64,000 nt of DNA from Gonapodya sp. JEL0774. Lineage: Eukaryota. The stretch lies in NCBI GenBank assembly GCA_027604505.1, contig JADIIX010000087.1, positions 1 to 64,000 on the forward strand. The letters are read 5' to 3'. The translations under genes and the position numbers were made by a program. The notes beneath the pieces are model-generated. The model saw only the letters and a program-made list of their open reading frames with translations. It did no database searches and was not told the origin of the DNA. Within the stretch, counting starts at the first letter, position 1; each line of letters begins with the position of its first letter. Shown piece by piece: positions 27,061 to 51,801 of the stretch.

Positions 27061-39563
<12,503 letters not shown>

Positions 39564-39729
39564 TCCGGGCAGTTAACTGTGAAAAAGCGGCAGAGTGCAT
39601 TCACGTCGCGCTCTATCATGAAGCGACAGTTGAGTGACTTATGTGCTCAATTACGCTTTCGAATCACGGACAAATGAGCTCAAGAATTGTAAACGCCTTC
39701 AACTTTACTGATTGATTAATTTACATGAG

Positions 39730-40535
39730 CTAACGACTACTTCCTCCCGCCTTTCGTAGTCGCTGAAGGAGAAGTCGCTCCATGTATGATAGCGAGGACG
39801 TGGACTTCGAGCTAGCTAAGCTCTTCAACTCTGTCTGCAGCACATGATTGTGTATGGGTAATAAATCCAAACACGTATCTGTCGAAATCTCTTCCCTTTG
39901 TTTCTCTTGGTTAGATTCGGAACCGCAAGTAGCTCTCCCCGCCCTCCAATCTCTGAGGGCTTCCAAGAATGATTCGTGCGACGACTCCTCATCAAAGCTC
40001 ATATGTTCATTCAATGTGGGATTTCTTTCGAGCCGCTCAGACCCTGCTGCAGCAAGTGCTGCGGAGATTTGAATTGGCGACTAAATGGGTCAGCTCGTTA
40101 ATGTGTTGACGCTGAGTTTGGTAACCACCGGGAGTTTCACCATTTGAACATTGGTTTTGTGCACACCTACTCCAAAAGAGGTGACCTTTCGTGAGACTAC
40201 CGAGACGAGGGATAATCTGAAGGAGCTCTACCTTTTGTCTCTTGGGGTCGTGACTTTGCTGATGTCGACTTCATTGACTTCAATTGGGAGGATTGAGGAG
40301 TTGGAATCTCCACCTTCAACCCATTCTTCTTCGCAAGTATCAACGATGCGTGGTTCTTTAGAATGCCGGCCGATCCACTTCTCCAAATAGATTCGGAATC
40401 GCTGTCGTAATCCATGAGCGTTATTGTCGAAGGCGAACGGGCCTCAAACGCTTCATCACACCTCAGTTTCGCTCTTTCACGAGCAACATTCTCCCTTAGC
40501 TTGCGCAAATTGTCTTCCATCCTAGCGATATCCAT
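39730..40535 (-). CDS. ZBBX-like protein (cilium-associated family) lacking the B-box
   Basis: MEDNLRKLRENVARER...SIWRSGSAG, SFDEESSHESFLEALRDWRAG and SLSYMERLLLQRLR match the conserved blocks I recall from ZBBX. The true start may lie upstream. Confidence 0.7.
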
Positions 40536-40915
40536 GGCAGCTCTTGTCTCAGGTAATGTAACAATCGCTGCTGGCGAAGTGCCGCGGAAGGGTACTGCCT
40601 ACGTTGGAGCCTGACTGTGATAATGCAGTCCCACGTAGATACATAAAGGACGCCGCCCCACTATTTCAGTCAAGAAAAGTAAATCTACAGAGAGGGTCAT
40701 AGATGGGCATTGAAAGAACTCAGATATACTAATAGAGTGGGGGAGACTACCAACATCAAGATTCTATTCACAAAACCATGAGAATACCAGCGATTAATAA
40801 CTTGGAAGAAAAATATAGGAGAAAGTCCCAAAAGCTGATACATTTGTGTCTTTTTGGGTTGTTGAGCAAGGGATCATCCCGAGGCTGCACAACTTTTTGA
40901 GACGAACACATCATA

Positions 40916-43287
40916 ATGGAGACTCCCCGCCGCCGCGCTCGTTCGCCTGTTGGATCTGCAGTTTCTGCGGGCTCCGAGAGTCAAGCAAACGACGCTGCAA
41001 GAAGGCGATCGGCTAAAGTGAGGGATTCTCGTTTTCTGCAGCTCTAGAGAAACCCAACCCCTCACACACTGCCCACTGCCATGTCCAACAGCGCGATGAC
41101 GCGATTCGCAGGAAAGCCGAGAAAGATTTAAGTAGTCGATCCCAGAGGAGGAGAACGGACCTCTCGAGGCGAGCCGGTGCTGGTGAAATTTCGGCGACAG
41201 GTGAGTCACGGTGACGATGGCACGAACGAGCACAGCTACTCTCCAGCTCAAGATCGTTCTATTTAACCTTGTACTATGTTCTCCTTCCAAAAAAGTCAAA
41301 AACCTCAACCCCAGCGAGGCCTTCACAGTTTTAGCCAATACCAACTGTATGGATGTCGCGCAGCTCATGGCGGCAAAAAGGACGGATTGCGTACTCGTTG
41401 TCGATACTCGCACCGGGTCAGCGAGTGGTAAAGTGACGAACGGGAAGTTGCTAGGCATTTTCACGGCAAAGGACCTTACCTTCAGAGTGGCGGGAGCGGG
41501 CCTCTCGCCAGCAGCCACGCTGGTCAGTTCCGTCATGACTCCGAACCCGACTACTGTTACATCAAAGCAAGAAGCAAGCGAAGCCCTCAACATAATGACT
41601 GCAGGTCACTTCCGCCATCTACCAGTGGTAGAGGAACCAGACCATGAAGACGGTGAATCTCGCCTGACTGGGGTCCTCGACGTCACCAAGGTTATGAAAG
41701 ATGGTATGGAGAGGCTGGATCGAGCGGCGGAGCAGTCTCGGAAGCTGAAGGAGGCACTTGATGCTTTGGAGTCTGAGTGGTTCGTTTGCCCACTTTCCAC
41801 CCCCTTCAAATTTTTGCGGATATCAAACCTGTGAACTCTTATTAGGTCCATCAACGCCGTCCACATTGCCCAGTATTCTGATGTTCTCCGAGACCGCCTC
41901 ACCGCACCGACAATGATGAGCGTTATTACCGAACAATCGCACGAAACTCCCATAGTAAACATTCGCGCCAACGTGAAAGATGCCATTATGGTCATGAAGG
42001 AGACCAAGCAAACGGGAGTCTCAATAGTAGATGACGAACGCAACCTTGCCGGAATTCTCACGACCAAAGATGTGGTTCTTCGGGTGATCGCAGCAGGTCT
42101 TGAACCCGAACGCACAGCAGTAGTGCGGGTCATGACACCGAAACCAGATGCTGTGCAATCGGACCTCACCATTTTGGATGGATTGAAGAAGATGCACGGT
42201 GAGCATTAAAGGAGTTTGAATGGCTCTGGCGAGTATCGCCACACTCGCAATGGAGTAGTCTGATGGTTTTCCTACCTTCCAGCCCACAGATACCTCCATC
42301 TTCCCATCATGGACGGAAGCAAATTTGTTGGAATGGTTGATGTCCTGGAACTGACATATTTGATTATGAACCAGGTTTGTTCCCCCTACACTTTCGTGGA
42401 AGCAAACGCACGTGAATACCAATACAGCCGTTTTTGTCAATGAAAACATTTTCCATTAGATGAAGACTATTCAGACGGAGAATCAGCAGGATGGTCCACC
42501 AACTATGGCTTGGAGCAAGTTCTGGGACACGACTATGGCGCCAGAAACTTCCGATTATGGCGGGGACGACCGCATGAGCCACCACGAGTCTTTCACCATA
42601 CGTGCGGAGGACAGTGTTTCCAATGTTGGTGGGGAGAATGAGAGTACCGTCTCCTACTCACAGAGAGGGCCGGGTCTGCAGACGTACAAGTTCAAGGACG
42701 CCGCGGGCAATGTTCATCGACTTAGAGGCAGCGCTGTCTCGTATGGAGAGCTTCACAGGGCGGTCGCCATGAAGCTCTCGAAAGACGAATCCGACTTTTC
42801 TCTCTCGTACGAGGATGATGATGGTGACCGCGTTCAACTCGCTACGGACGAAGATTTGGTGCAGGCGATTCAAATTGCAAAGAAACAGGGGTGGGCTAGG
42901 ATTATGCTTTCTGTCGGCGATCCGCGGCCAGTTTCGTCAAAGGCATCATCTTATGTCGACTTCAAGAGAGCTCTTGCGCCAGCTGCATCTCCTCCATCTA
43001 CTTCTCTGACGCAAGTCTCCTCCAGCGTTCCAGTAGTTTCCGTGTCTCCACACGTTGTGCCGCGAACCCAAACTGCTGCCCCTGTCCCAGTTCAGGAACC
43101 ACAACAGTCTGAGGGGAAGAAGGCGTCGATTGTCATTAAAACTGCGGGAACTCTGTGGCCTCCCAAAGGATTGGTTATGACGGACGACGGCCACGATTTG
43201 ACTCCTATGCTGGTGGGCGTTGGTGCTGGACTCTTGGTAGGGCTGGTAGTGGTTGTGCTATTTACGAGCGGTCAGCGTCGGCGGTAG
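40916..43287 (+). CDS. CBS-domain (x4) plus PB1 protein with C-terminal membrane anchor (Mug70/CBSCBSPB-like)
   Basis: RDDAIRRKAE, GIFTAKDLTFRV...VMTPNP...HFRHLPVV, GILTTKDVVLRVIAAGL, PB1 motif LSYEDDDGDRVQLATDEDL, and hydrophobic tail VGVGAGLLVGLVVVVLF-RRR. Confidence 0.93.
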
Positions 43288-43489
43288 TTTGCTTATAATT
43301 GAAACGCAACCGTAGACTGATATTGCTTTTACACACAATTACATAATACTGAGTTTGGTTTTCAACAGTTTGTAAAGTCGAAAAGTTTGACAAGTTGCGT
43401 GTGTCGTTCCGTGGTACTTGCTTCGGTCTAAGTTGGGTTTGTGTGTGTTCTATTGAAACACCGCAACGCAAGCACAAATTAATTGAAGG

Positions 43490-44168
43490 ATGGAAACGTT
43501 ATTGGGGATTGTTGGGAAGGACTACGTTATTCTCGCGGCGGACGCAGTGTCTGCACGGTCTATTGTCGTCATGAAGCGCGGGGAGGACAAGTCGCGGGCA
43601 CTGAACAACCACAACCTGATGATGTTCACAGGCGAGCCCGGAGACGCCGTCAATTTCGCCGAGTTCATCCAGGCAAATCTAAAGCTTTACGAGATAAGAA
43701 ATGGGATTCCTCTTAGCACGAAGGGCATCGCCGGATATACGAGGAGGGAGCTTGCGGACAGTCTCCGAAGCCGGGTATGCTTTCACAGCCATTTGTCGCA
43801 GCGTTTTTCACTTGCTTTTTCTTGTGTGACTGACATGCTTTTGTGGCCACAATCACCAATTACAACAGAATGCGTACCAAGTCAACCTATTGATTGGCGG
43901 CGTGGATCCCAAATCCCACCACCCAGAGCTCTACTGGATGGACTATCTTGGCGCCATGGTGAAAGTGAACCATGGAGCGCACGGTTACGCTGCGTACTTT
44001 TGCGGATCGGTGTTTGACCGGTACTGGAAGGCTGATATGTCTTTGGAGGAGGGATTGGATCTCCTGAGGAAGTGTCTTCATGAGCTGAAGACCAGATTGG
44101 TACTCAGCCAAGCTGTCTATCTCATCAAAGTGATCGATAAAGACGGAATTAGAGAAGTCACCGTGTAA
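43490..44168 (+). CDS. PRE1: 20S proteasome subunit beta-4 (PSMB2)
   Basis: METLLGIVGKDYVILAAD...GEPGDAVNFAEFIQANLKLY...ELADSLRSR/NAYQVNLLIGG...AHGYAAYF; one intron. Confidence 0.97.
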
Positions 44169-44274
44169 TTGATTGAGACATTCACACCTCTTGCAAATAT
44201 CGTTTATTCGTTCATATGGAATGCATTCATGCCGGCTGTGGAATGCAGCAGAACTGGGTTGGATTGACGTTACT

Positions 44275-45230
44275 GCTTGTGTCCTCGCTTCCACTGTGCC
44301 CGTTTCCCCAATGCTTAGTTCCCCCGTCCTTGATTATGCCAAACTCCCCTCACCAGTACCTGCTTCATATGCCCTCCCTTCTCCCATAATTGCATCCCAT
44401 GTCCTTGCTCTTCCCGTCATGGCTTCTTCCATATTTGTTCCCTGTGTCCTTGCTCTTCCCGTGTTCGCTTCTCCCATATTTGCTACACGTGCCCGTACTT
44501 CTCCCATACTTGCTTCTTGTGCCCTCGCTTATCACATCCGCGCTTCTCCCGTACCTGCTTCCTGTGTTCTCGCTTCTAACTTACCTGCTTCCCGCGTCCT
44601 CGCCTCTCCCGTCCTCGCTTCTAACTTACCTCTTTGCCGTGTCCATGCTTACCACGTCCTCGCTTCTCCCATACCGGTTTCCCGTGTCCTCACTTCCAAC
44701 GTATCTACTTCCCGTGTCCTTGCTACTCCCGTCCTCGCTGCGCCCCTACCTGCTTCCCATGTCCTCGCTTTTCCCGTACCTGCTTCCCGTGTCCTTGCAC
44801 TTTCCGTCCTCGCTTCTCCCGAACTTCCTTCCTGTCCTCGCTTCTCCCACACCTGCTTCCCGTGTCCTTGCTTTTGTGTCCTCGCTTTCCCGTCCTTGCT
44901 GCCCTTGTTCGTGCTACTCCGGTCCTCGTTTCTGCCGTCCTACCCTCTCCCGTTTTCACTGTTCCTGTCCTCGCTTCTTTCGTCCTTGGTTACCCCGCCG
45001 TGCTTCTCCCGTCCTTGCTTCCCCTGTCTCTATTGTCGCATCTCCCAAAGTCACATCTGCCCGCTGTGCTCTCCCGTCGTTGCTTTTCCTGTCCCTCCTG
45101 TTTCCCGTCTCTCGTTCATCCCGTTGTACTTTTCTCCCTGCCTCCTATATCCCGCTTCTCTTCTCCTGTTTGCTCCTCCCCACTTCCTTCCAACCTCCCG
45201 TCCACAGGCCCATGCTTCCACTCTCCTCTG
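44275..45230. repeat. Degenerate pyrimidine-rich minisatellite with 15/30-bp period
   Basis: Recurring CCCGTACCTGCTTCCCGTGTCCTCGCTTCT-like units; translation repeats PVPASRVLAS; all three + frames are stop-poor. Confidence 0.9.
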
Positions 45231-45794
45231 ACGGTGACAAACAATCGGCGAACACTTACTGAGAATCTTCACTTTTCATTTTCCGAGGCATTAGACGAAG
45301 AAAGGGAAGTTCCCTCGGGGCTGACTGTTCTTTGGTTTCATTTGCGAATTGGTGCGACAAACCCGTTGGCATTTGGGAGCATAGAATTCAATTCAGATCA
45401 TCTCCAGAATGCAAAATGCCCCGGAAGTGGCGCGACGAGACGTAATATATGAAACGTGAGAGGCTCAAACTTCGCGTCCGCGAAGAACAAGTCAAGGACA
45501 AAACGAACCCACATGTACGACCCAAAAGATCAAAAAATGTCAATTTGGGGCGATGAAATGGCCCTCCGTTTCCCGAGAACGTCTGTCCTTCGTGACTTTG
45601 GATCCAGACCAACTGCAGCGACACGGACGGTGACCAACGGGAACATGGGGAAGCTCGCTGAAGAGCAAACCACATTCTATGACTCATTGACTTGGCGAGA
45701 TCAAAATTTGGCGTTGGATCGACTCAAAATGGAGTTTTAACTGTCCTTGGAAACTGAAATTCTAAGCGCCTTAACCACCAAGTTTACGTCTTTT

Positions 45795-46883
45795 GACCGC
45801 ATAATAGAATTCTGGGGTACGCCATTTGGGTGGTCCCTGCTTCGGATGCTTTGCCACACCCCAGTTGAGAATTCTGGGGTGGCTCTATGGGGTGGTCTGG
45901 GTGTGGTGTCGATTTTCATTTTGACAGGGTCAATCAGTATTTTTGGAGCACGGGTCCTGACGGCGCAATCCCGTAATATGATATGCGCCGGAATAGCTCT
46001 ATTCTTGTGTCAATTAATCTTCTGTTTTGCGTTTAATGCTTGGAACCGAGGTGGAGTTGGGTAGGTTATCGAGGGAGTGGACTGGTTGCTCTGGTTGAAA
46101 CTCAGACACCTTGTAGTTGCCAACCCTCGTGCAACTTTTGTTCACAACAAACCCACGCCACCATTCAATAAACGGGTGGCAAATCAAAGTTACCTACGAC
46201 AAATAATCGACCAGTTTCTCATCGTCGACTTGATCCCCTTCTCACATTTACAGAACGGGGAAGTCGCCTTCAGAGTGTCTCCAAGTCTTTCTTGGGTTGT
46301 ATGCAACTACAGTTGTATCATGGTGAGCAGTGCAGAGTCGGGACAGTGTTGTCAAATTGCTGCGTGTGCGTCGATGGACTGTCTGTGTCTGGAGACTTCA
46401 GACTTCATTTGAAAGCTGAACTGAAACAGTTAGGATATGGAGGGAGTAGTCACTGTATTTGATATGTTACAGAAACATGAACCTAAAACAAACTACGAGA
46501 AACGAGCGCAAGTGAGCCGACTGTTTTCTGCTCGTTACTTGCTTGTTTTGTAATTCCCAGGGTGCAGCAATCTGTTGGTGCGTCGAAATTCAAACGTGAA
46601 CGTGATTAGATGTCGACGCCAGGCATCAAAAAACTAATACGTTAAACTGGTCCTCAACATCATGAGTACTTCATATCTACTCAAAAGACTATAATACAGC
46701 ATGTCTACTGTATTCAGCGTCATACCACATGTCACCAAACTCATTTTCGAAACCACCCCAGAATTCTCAAAAACGACCCCAGAACCAACCCAAACCACCC
46801 CAGAATTCTCATTTGGGGTAGTGGCGAAACACCCCAGGAGGCACCACCCCATGTGGGGTGCCCCAGAATTCACATATGCCGTC
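45795..46883. mobile_element. Putative non-autonomous inverted-repeat element (MITE-like), diverged
   Basis: 45795-45925 (GACCGCATAATAGAATTCTGGGGTACGCCATTTGGGTGGT...GAGAATTCTGGGGTGG) is an imperfect reverse complement of 46735-46883. No transposase ORF inside and no target-site duplication identified. Confidence 0.55.
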
Positions 46884-47093
46884 TTTGACCCACACAAACA
46901 TTATGACCCAAGTAGGTGAATGCCCGTCAGTTCCGCAGCTCACACACTTCACCGGACCCGATTCCTTTCACAGTCAAACAATGGCGTCACAAAACGCTGC
47001 GAAACGTCTGCTGTGACCTTTTCGCTACTTCTCCTCTCTTCGGCCTCTCTCGATCCCATCAAGAGTGACCGGTCGTCGATCCAGTCCACCGAT

Positions 47094-47826
47094 ATGGAAT
47101 CAATCAAAGCGCCTCCATGGGAAAGCCCCGATTGGCATGATATATCACCTAAAATCCAGGTCTGACTCTTGAGAGCCACATTTTACGGAATGAATGAGAG
47201 AGAGTTGCTCGAGCGGAAGCTGAAAAGCGTTATGTCGAAGTCGAAAAGCGTCAGGTTGAATTAGAAAATCGACTGGTGGACAGCGAAGTGGCTTTTACGA
47301 ATTTAGAATAGTTTTTGGTGAGTACTGACGTCAACCAAAGTGATGCGGATGGCTATAACATGACCAGAAACGCTCATCCAAACCAGAACACGCTCGCGTA
47401 AAGTTAATGAAAGGGTGTGGGCCCAAGTTGGAAGACTTTCAGAATCGTCCGATCGACCTTTGGATTACCATTGCCACGTCTCGCAATCATTCGCCACACT
47501 TTCGTAGCCAGCTCCTCTTGTCCCACGAACGATGGAGAAATGACCAAGCGGGGCATCGAGCCTTGGCTCATGACATTGTGAACCTCCATATACGCCTCTC
47601 GTCTGCACACCACACTTCAGTTTTCAGCACCGACCGAGCAATACTCATCTTCCCCTCTTCGCTGAGCTCACTGCGTGACAGAATAGATTTGTTATTGACG
47701 ATGCCCTTTCCTACTGCAGTTCCTTCCCATCCGGGAAGAGCGCAACCTCGCCACCCTCTTCTACAAACTTCTCGCGATCCAGGGGTGACTGTGGACGATG
47801 GGATTGACATTCACGATGACACTTGA
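47094..47826 (+). CDS. Hypothetical small multi-exon coiled-coil protein
   Basis: MESIKAPPWESPDWHDISPKIQ followed by a GT, then ERVARAEAEKRYVEVEKRQVELENRL, then ORF 47407-47826. No recognised homology. Confidence 0.3.
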
Positions 47827-48110
47827 GTGATGTTGGCGATTGTATTTCAAGCTTGTTTTGCCCAGCTAGATATGCAATTTTCCTTATATACTTGGTTTGA
47901 CCTTCAAATACACGTTCTCAGTACGTTATTTCGAACCAAGCTACGCCGAGAGAGGTTCCCCCTTCTCCAAGCGTCTATTTGTCTTTTTATTCTGGAAACA
48001 TGGACACATACATGGACCTTTTCATGGACTCTTATCAATTCAATTAAACATTCTGTACGCTTTTTTTTGTGGCAAATGGGGATCTTATCCCCATCACTAT
48101 TCGTAATGCA

Positions 48111-50786
48111 ATGAGAGTTCTCTTCTCGTTTCCCCCACATAATCTACGTCCCTCTCTACTTGCTGCATCTCCCACAGAGCAGGAAACAGAAAATTTTGAG
48201 AGGGACTGTCAAACATTCATAACATGGAATGAACCGTCCTACTCTGTCAACTACGATTCTGCGTTACCATCCTACTCTCCGAGTGTAATCTCCATCACGA
48301 CCTCAAAGAGTCCATCTCCAGAACCACAACGGCACCCGGTTCGGAAGAAGTCCCAGCGAAGCTCCGGGGAATGGGATGATCCACACTATACGACAGTTCA
48401 AAACCATTCCAGCCGGCGCCATCCTAAATCCATTAAGCGACGGAGATTTGAATCTTCCAGTGACAATGTGGAAAGCGTGGGCTCATTCGACAATTCGGAT
48501 TTGAATCAAAGACAGTTGCTGTTTCCAGCTCCCAGAAACGGTGCACTCGAAGACGATATCACGGAATTTTCCGCTGTTCCGGGCGCAACTAAGACGTCTA
48601 TCGACATCAGGTTGAGACACACTACACCGGATGGAAGCTCAGACGGCCAATATGCGCGCGGAGATTCCGACTCGGACGGCTTCCTTCCTCACGACAATCG
48701 CCAATTGCCTGTTTCCGGATCTGCAATGGTCCCGATGCCCCTGTCCAATCGAGTTGATCAAAGGCCAACAGCACATCCTCTTAGTTTTGCTGACTCCGTT
48801 CAACTCAGGCGATCTCCGGATCGGAGACTCGGTGGAAGCAGATTCCCATCAAACCCGCTCCAGGGTTCGAAACTTGTGGACCTTCTGGAGTTTTCCTCGC
48901 CGGCTGAATCAGACCCAGGGGTACTTTATTCCGTTGTCGGTGCTATCACTCAAGTTAACGGTGGCGTCGAGGAAATTACATTCAAGGATGGCAGGAGTTC
49001 ACCCAAGTCCTCAATTGTTGTCTGCGATGAGAACAGTCAATACGTGGAAGTGACATTCTGGGGTCACTTGGCACCTCACACCCAAAAGTTATGCGTTGGC
49101 GATATTGTTCTGCTCGAAGGTGGGTGCTGCATTCTGACGCATTGGTGGAGACCACCCACAATGATTCACTTCGCAGCCATAAAGCGGAAAGTGTACAAGG
49201 CGCGTGGCTACGGCGCAACTATCTCGCGTTCCAAAATTTGGGTCGGTTCAAGGACCATCGGACCACCCATTGGTGAGGAAAGCTCCGGAGTCGACTTGTG
49301 CGACCCACTGCTCAAACACAGATCAATCTTTTCAAGTAGACTCGCAAGACCCTGGACCATCGTATATGCGCAGTATACCAGATGTCCGAGACCGTTTGGA
49401 TCTGGTAACAGCGTGGGCACAGCAAGACCCGTTTTTGCAAATAAAACGCAACATGGCCCGAACAGAAAAACCGCAGCCTGAAACCGAGAACAAAGGTAAG
49501 TAGGGCTTCTTATGTTCCGATGCGGTGGTTATGGATTCTGTGAGGATAAATGAGTGTGATTGTTCAGATCCTCAGGTGTATGACTACAAAAATGTTTGCG
49601 ACTTCCGCGATAATATGGTTCTAAATCTGGTATGTTTACCTTTGTTTTTGCTTGTTGTTGCCCCCTTGGAACCAATAACGGAGCCCCTCTGTTATTAGCT
49701 TGCTCGGGTCATATCTATTGAAGAAACTCATTCCAAGGTTGCAATCGTGGATCTCATCGATCGTATGGGGGGACAAGTCTCCTTGAAACTGTTGGTGGTT
49801 TGATAGTAATTTTGATTCTGACCATGGCTGTGGCTGACTGATTTGTTGTTGCAGCCAGAATAAGTCCGAGAACATTCTCGCGACGTTACGCGAATCTAAC
49901 GGGGATGTTTTGTCAATTTCTGGTGTCAAAGCGAGGATAGAACCATCGACAGGTCCTTATATACTAGATTTACTTGTGATTGAATGTTTGATAACCTTCT
50001 ATTTTCATGACAGGTCGATTTTTTCTCGAACAGTCCGCCGGAACGACTGTGCAAATCGTTACAGTTGCGGACAGTGGTGCATTTATTGCACGACGCATGT
50101 CAAACAAACGCCATTTCGCGGATGTAAAGGAGCTACAGCTGTCTGGTTTCAGTGGTAGGTGGTTTTATTGTTATGGGGCGTCCAAGTTGTGAGTGATGTC
50201 CACTTCCTGTGCTGACCGATCTTGTAAACCGCCATCAGGTGTGGCCGAGCTCAGTGCTCAGATCTCTGCGCTCCGGCTCCCTGGTATACCCGAAATACGT
50301 CAGTCGGATACTGGGATTGCCCCACCTTCACTCGACGAGGTGGCTTCTCTTGTGACTCTCCGATGTTCGACTTGTGGCTCTAAACCACACTCGGACCGCA
50401 ACGGTATACACACTTGCGTGCGCTGCAATCTTGCAGATCAAAAGCTTGAGTGGAGCTGGTGCCCATTTTCTCTCGATGTTGTTTCTCGTCCGGATCTCAC
50501 CGCAGTCCTTTCGGTGGAAGTCCCTGCTGGTGGTCCCTCAGCGTCTGTGCTTGCGGGATTATCACCATCCGTGTTTCGGAGTTTTGCGAACAAATCCAAG
50601 ACTGCAGATTTGGGCGCTTGCTTGAAGGAACTTGATCGCTTCACCAATTTATGTGCTGTTCTGACAGATCTTTCTGGGGCGACCGAACCCCTGAAGTTCG
50701 TGCTGTCATGTCATACTTGGAAGGACGCCAATGAGATTCCAATACGCAGTCAATACCGTTTGATCAATTTGATACCTGATCTATAA
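48111..50786 (+). CDS. Multi-OB-fold ssDNA-binding protein with a Zn ribbon, SHLD2/FAM35A-like
   Basis: Short N-terminal strand MRVLFSFPP, about 250-aa low-complexity linker, OB fold YSVVGAITQV...EEITFK...SIVVCDENSQYVEVTFWG...VGDIVLL, and C-terminal CSTCGSKPHSDRNGIHTCVRC. Confidence 0.65.
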
Positions 50787-50967
50787 CACTCCTTCATGAA
50801 GGGAATTAGCAATCTGGCTTCTCATATTATTCGTATTCGTTTCCAACTCAATGTAGCAATGATGTCAATTTTGATGGGAGTTGAAAGAATGGGTTGTGGT
50901 CGTAAAGTTTGAGAGAAGCGGGATATCGTGGTTCACATGGCATAAGACCGAATTCTCCACGTAGACA

Positions 50968-51801
50968 ATGTCCACTCCGGCCAAGAGGTAAACTTTCCGT
51001 TCAACTTCACTCTGGATGCGTTCTCTTTTATCTCTGCTTCGTAGACGCCTTATGCGAGACTTCAAGAAGCTCTCCACGGATCCACCGGTGAGCTCTTCCG
51101 ATCCCTAGTCCGTTTCGAGCGTAATCATCGAGCCAGAGTACGTATCCATGGTTTTTTCTGTGATTCTCATATTCTATTACAACGGGACTCGCAGGTAAGT
51201 TCGGTTCATGATACCAATCGCTCCACTTGCAACTGTCTCATTTGCTTCCATTGTCGAAGGTCGGAGTCTCAGGAGCTCCCACACAGGACAACGTGCTACT
51301 GTGGAACGCTGTTATCTTTGGTCCTGAAGGTCGGTGGCCTGTCGTGGCAAAGAGTCCATATGAGCCTCGCCTTGAATGCTCTCACTTTTAGAGACACCTT
51401 TTGAGGATGGGACCTTTAAGCTTGTCCTCCAATTCGACGAATCATACCCCACCAAGCCCCCCCATGTTCGTTTCGTGACGAAGATGTTCCACCCGAACGT
51501 ATACGCGAACGGGGACCTGTGTCTAGACATTCTGCAAAATCGCTGGTCACCCACGTATGACGTAGCCGCCATTCTGACCTCAATTCAATCACTATTACAC
51601 GATCCCAACCCGGCTAGTCCCGCAAATGCTGAAGCCGCGAGGCTCTTTGTAGAGAACAGAAAGGATTACAATAGACGTGTCCGGGAAACAGGTATGCACA
51701 CATCTTCGCTTCTGGTACCTCAGCCCGCGTTCGAGGCACTCAAAGTCTCTTGTTTGTACCCGCGTAAATCTTACAAAGTCGAGGAAAGTTGGATGAGCTA
51801 G
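50968..51801 (+). CDS. RAD6: Ubiquitin-conjugating enzyme E2 Rad6/Ubc2
   Basis: [28 protein letters not shown]...WNAVIFGP...TPFEDGTF...[26 protein letters not shown]...VEESW. Confidence 0.98.

Noticed and set aside
40874..42172. Long minus-strand ORFs (239 and 188 aa) and similar antisense ORFs elsewhere
   Set aside because: Antisense shadows of real genes (here the CBS-PB1 gene).
44173..45452. Three overlapping long + strand ORFs (352, 290 and 272 aa)
   Set aside because: Explained by the A-poor minisatellite, which rarely forms stop codons; no domain evidence.
44275..46883. Possible CRISPR-like array
   Set aside because: No constant repeat with unique spacers, no cas genes, and a eukaryotic context.
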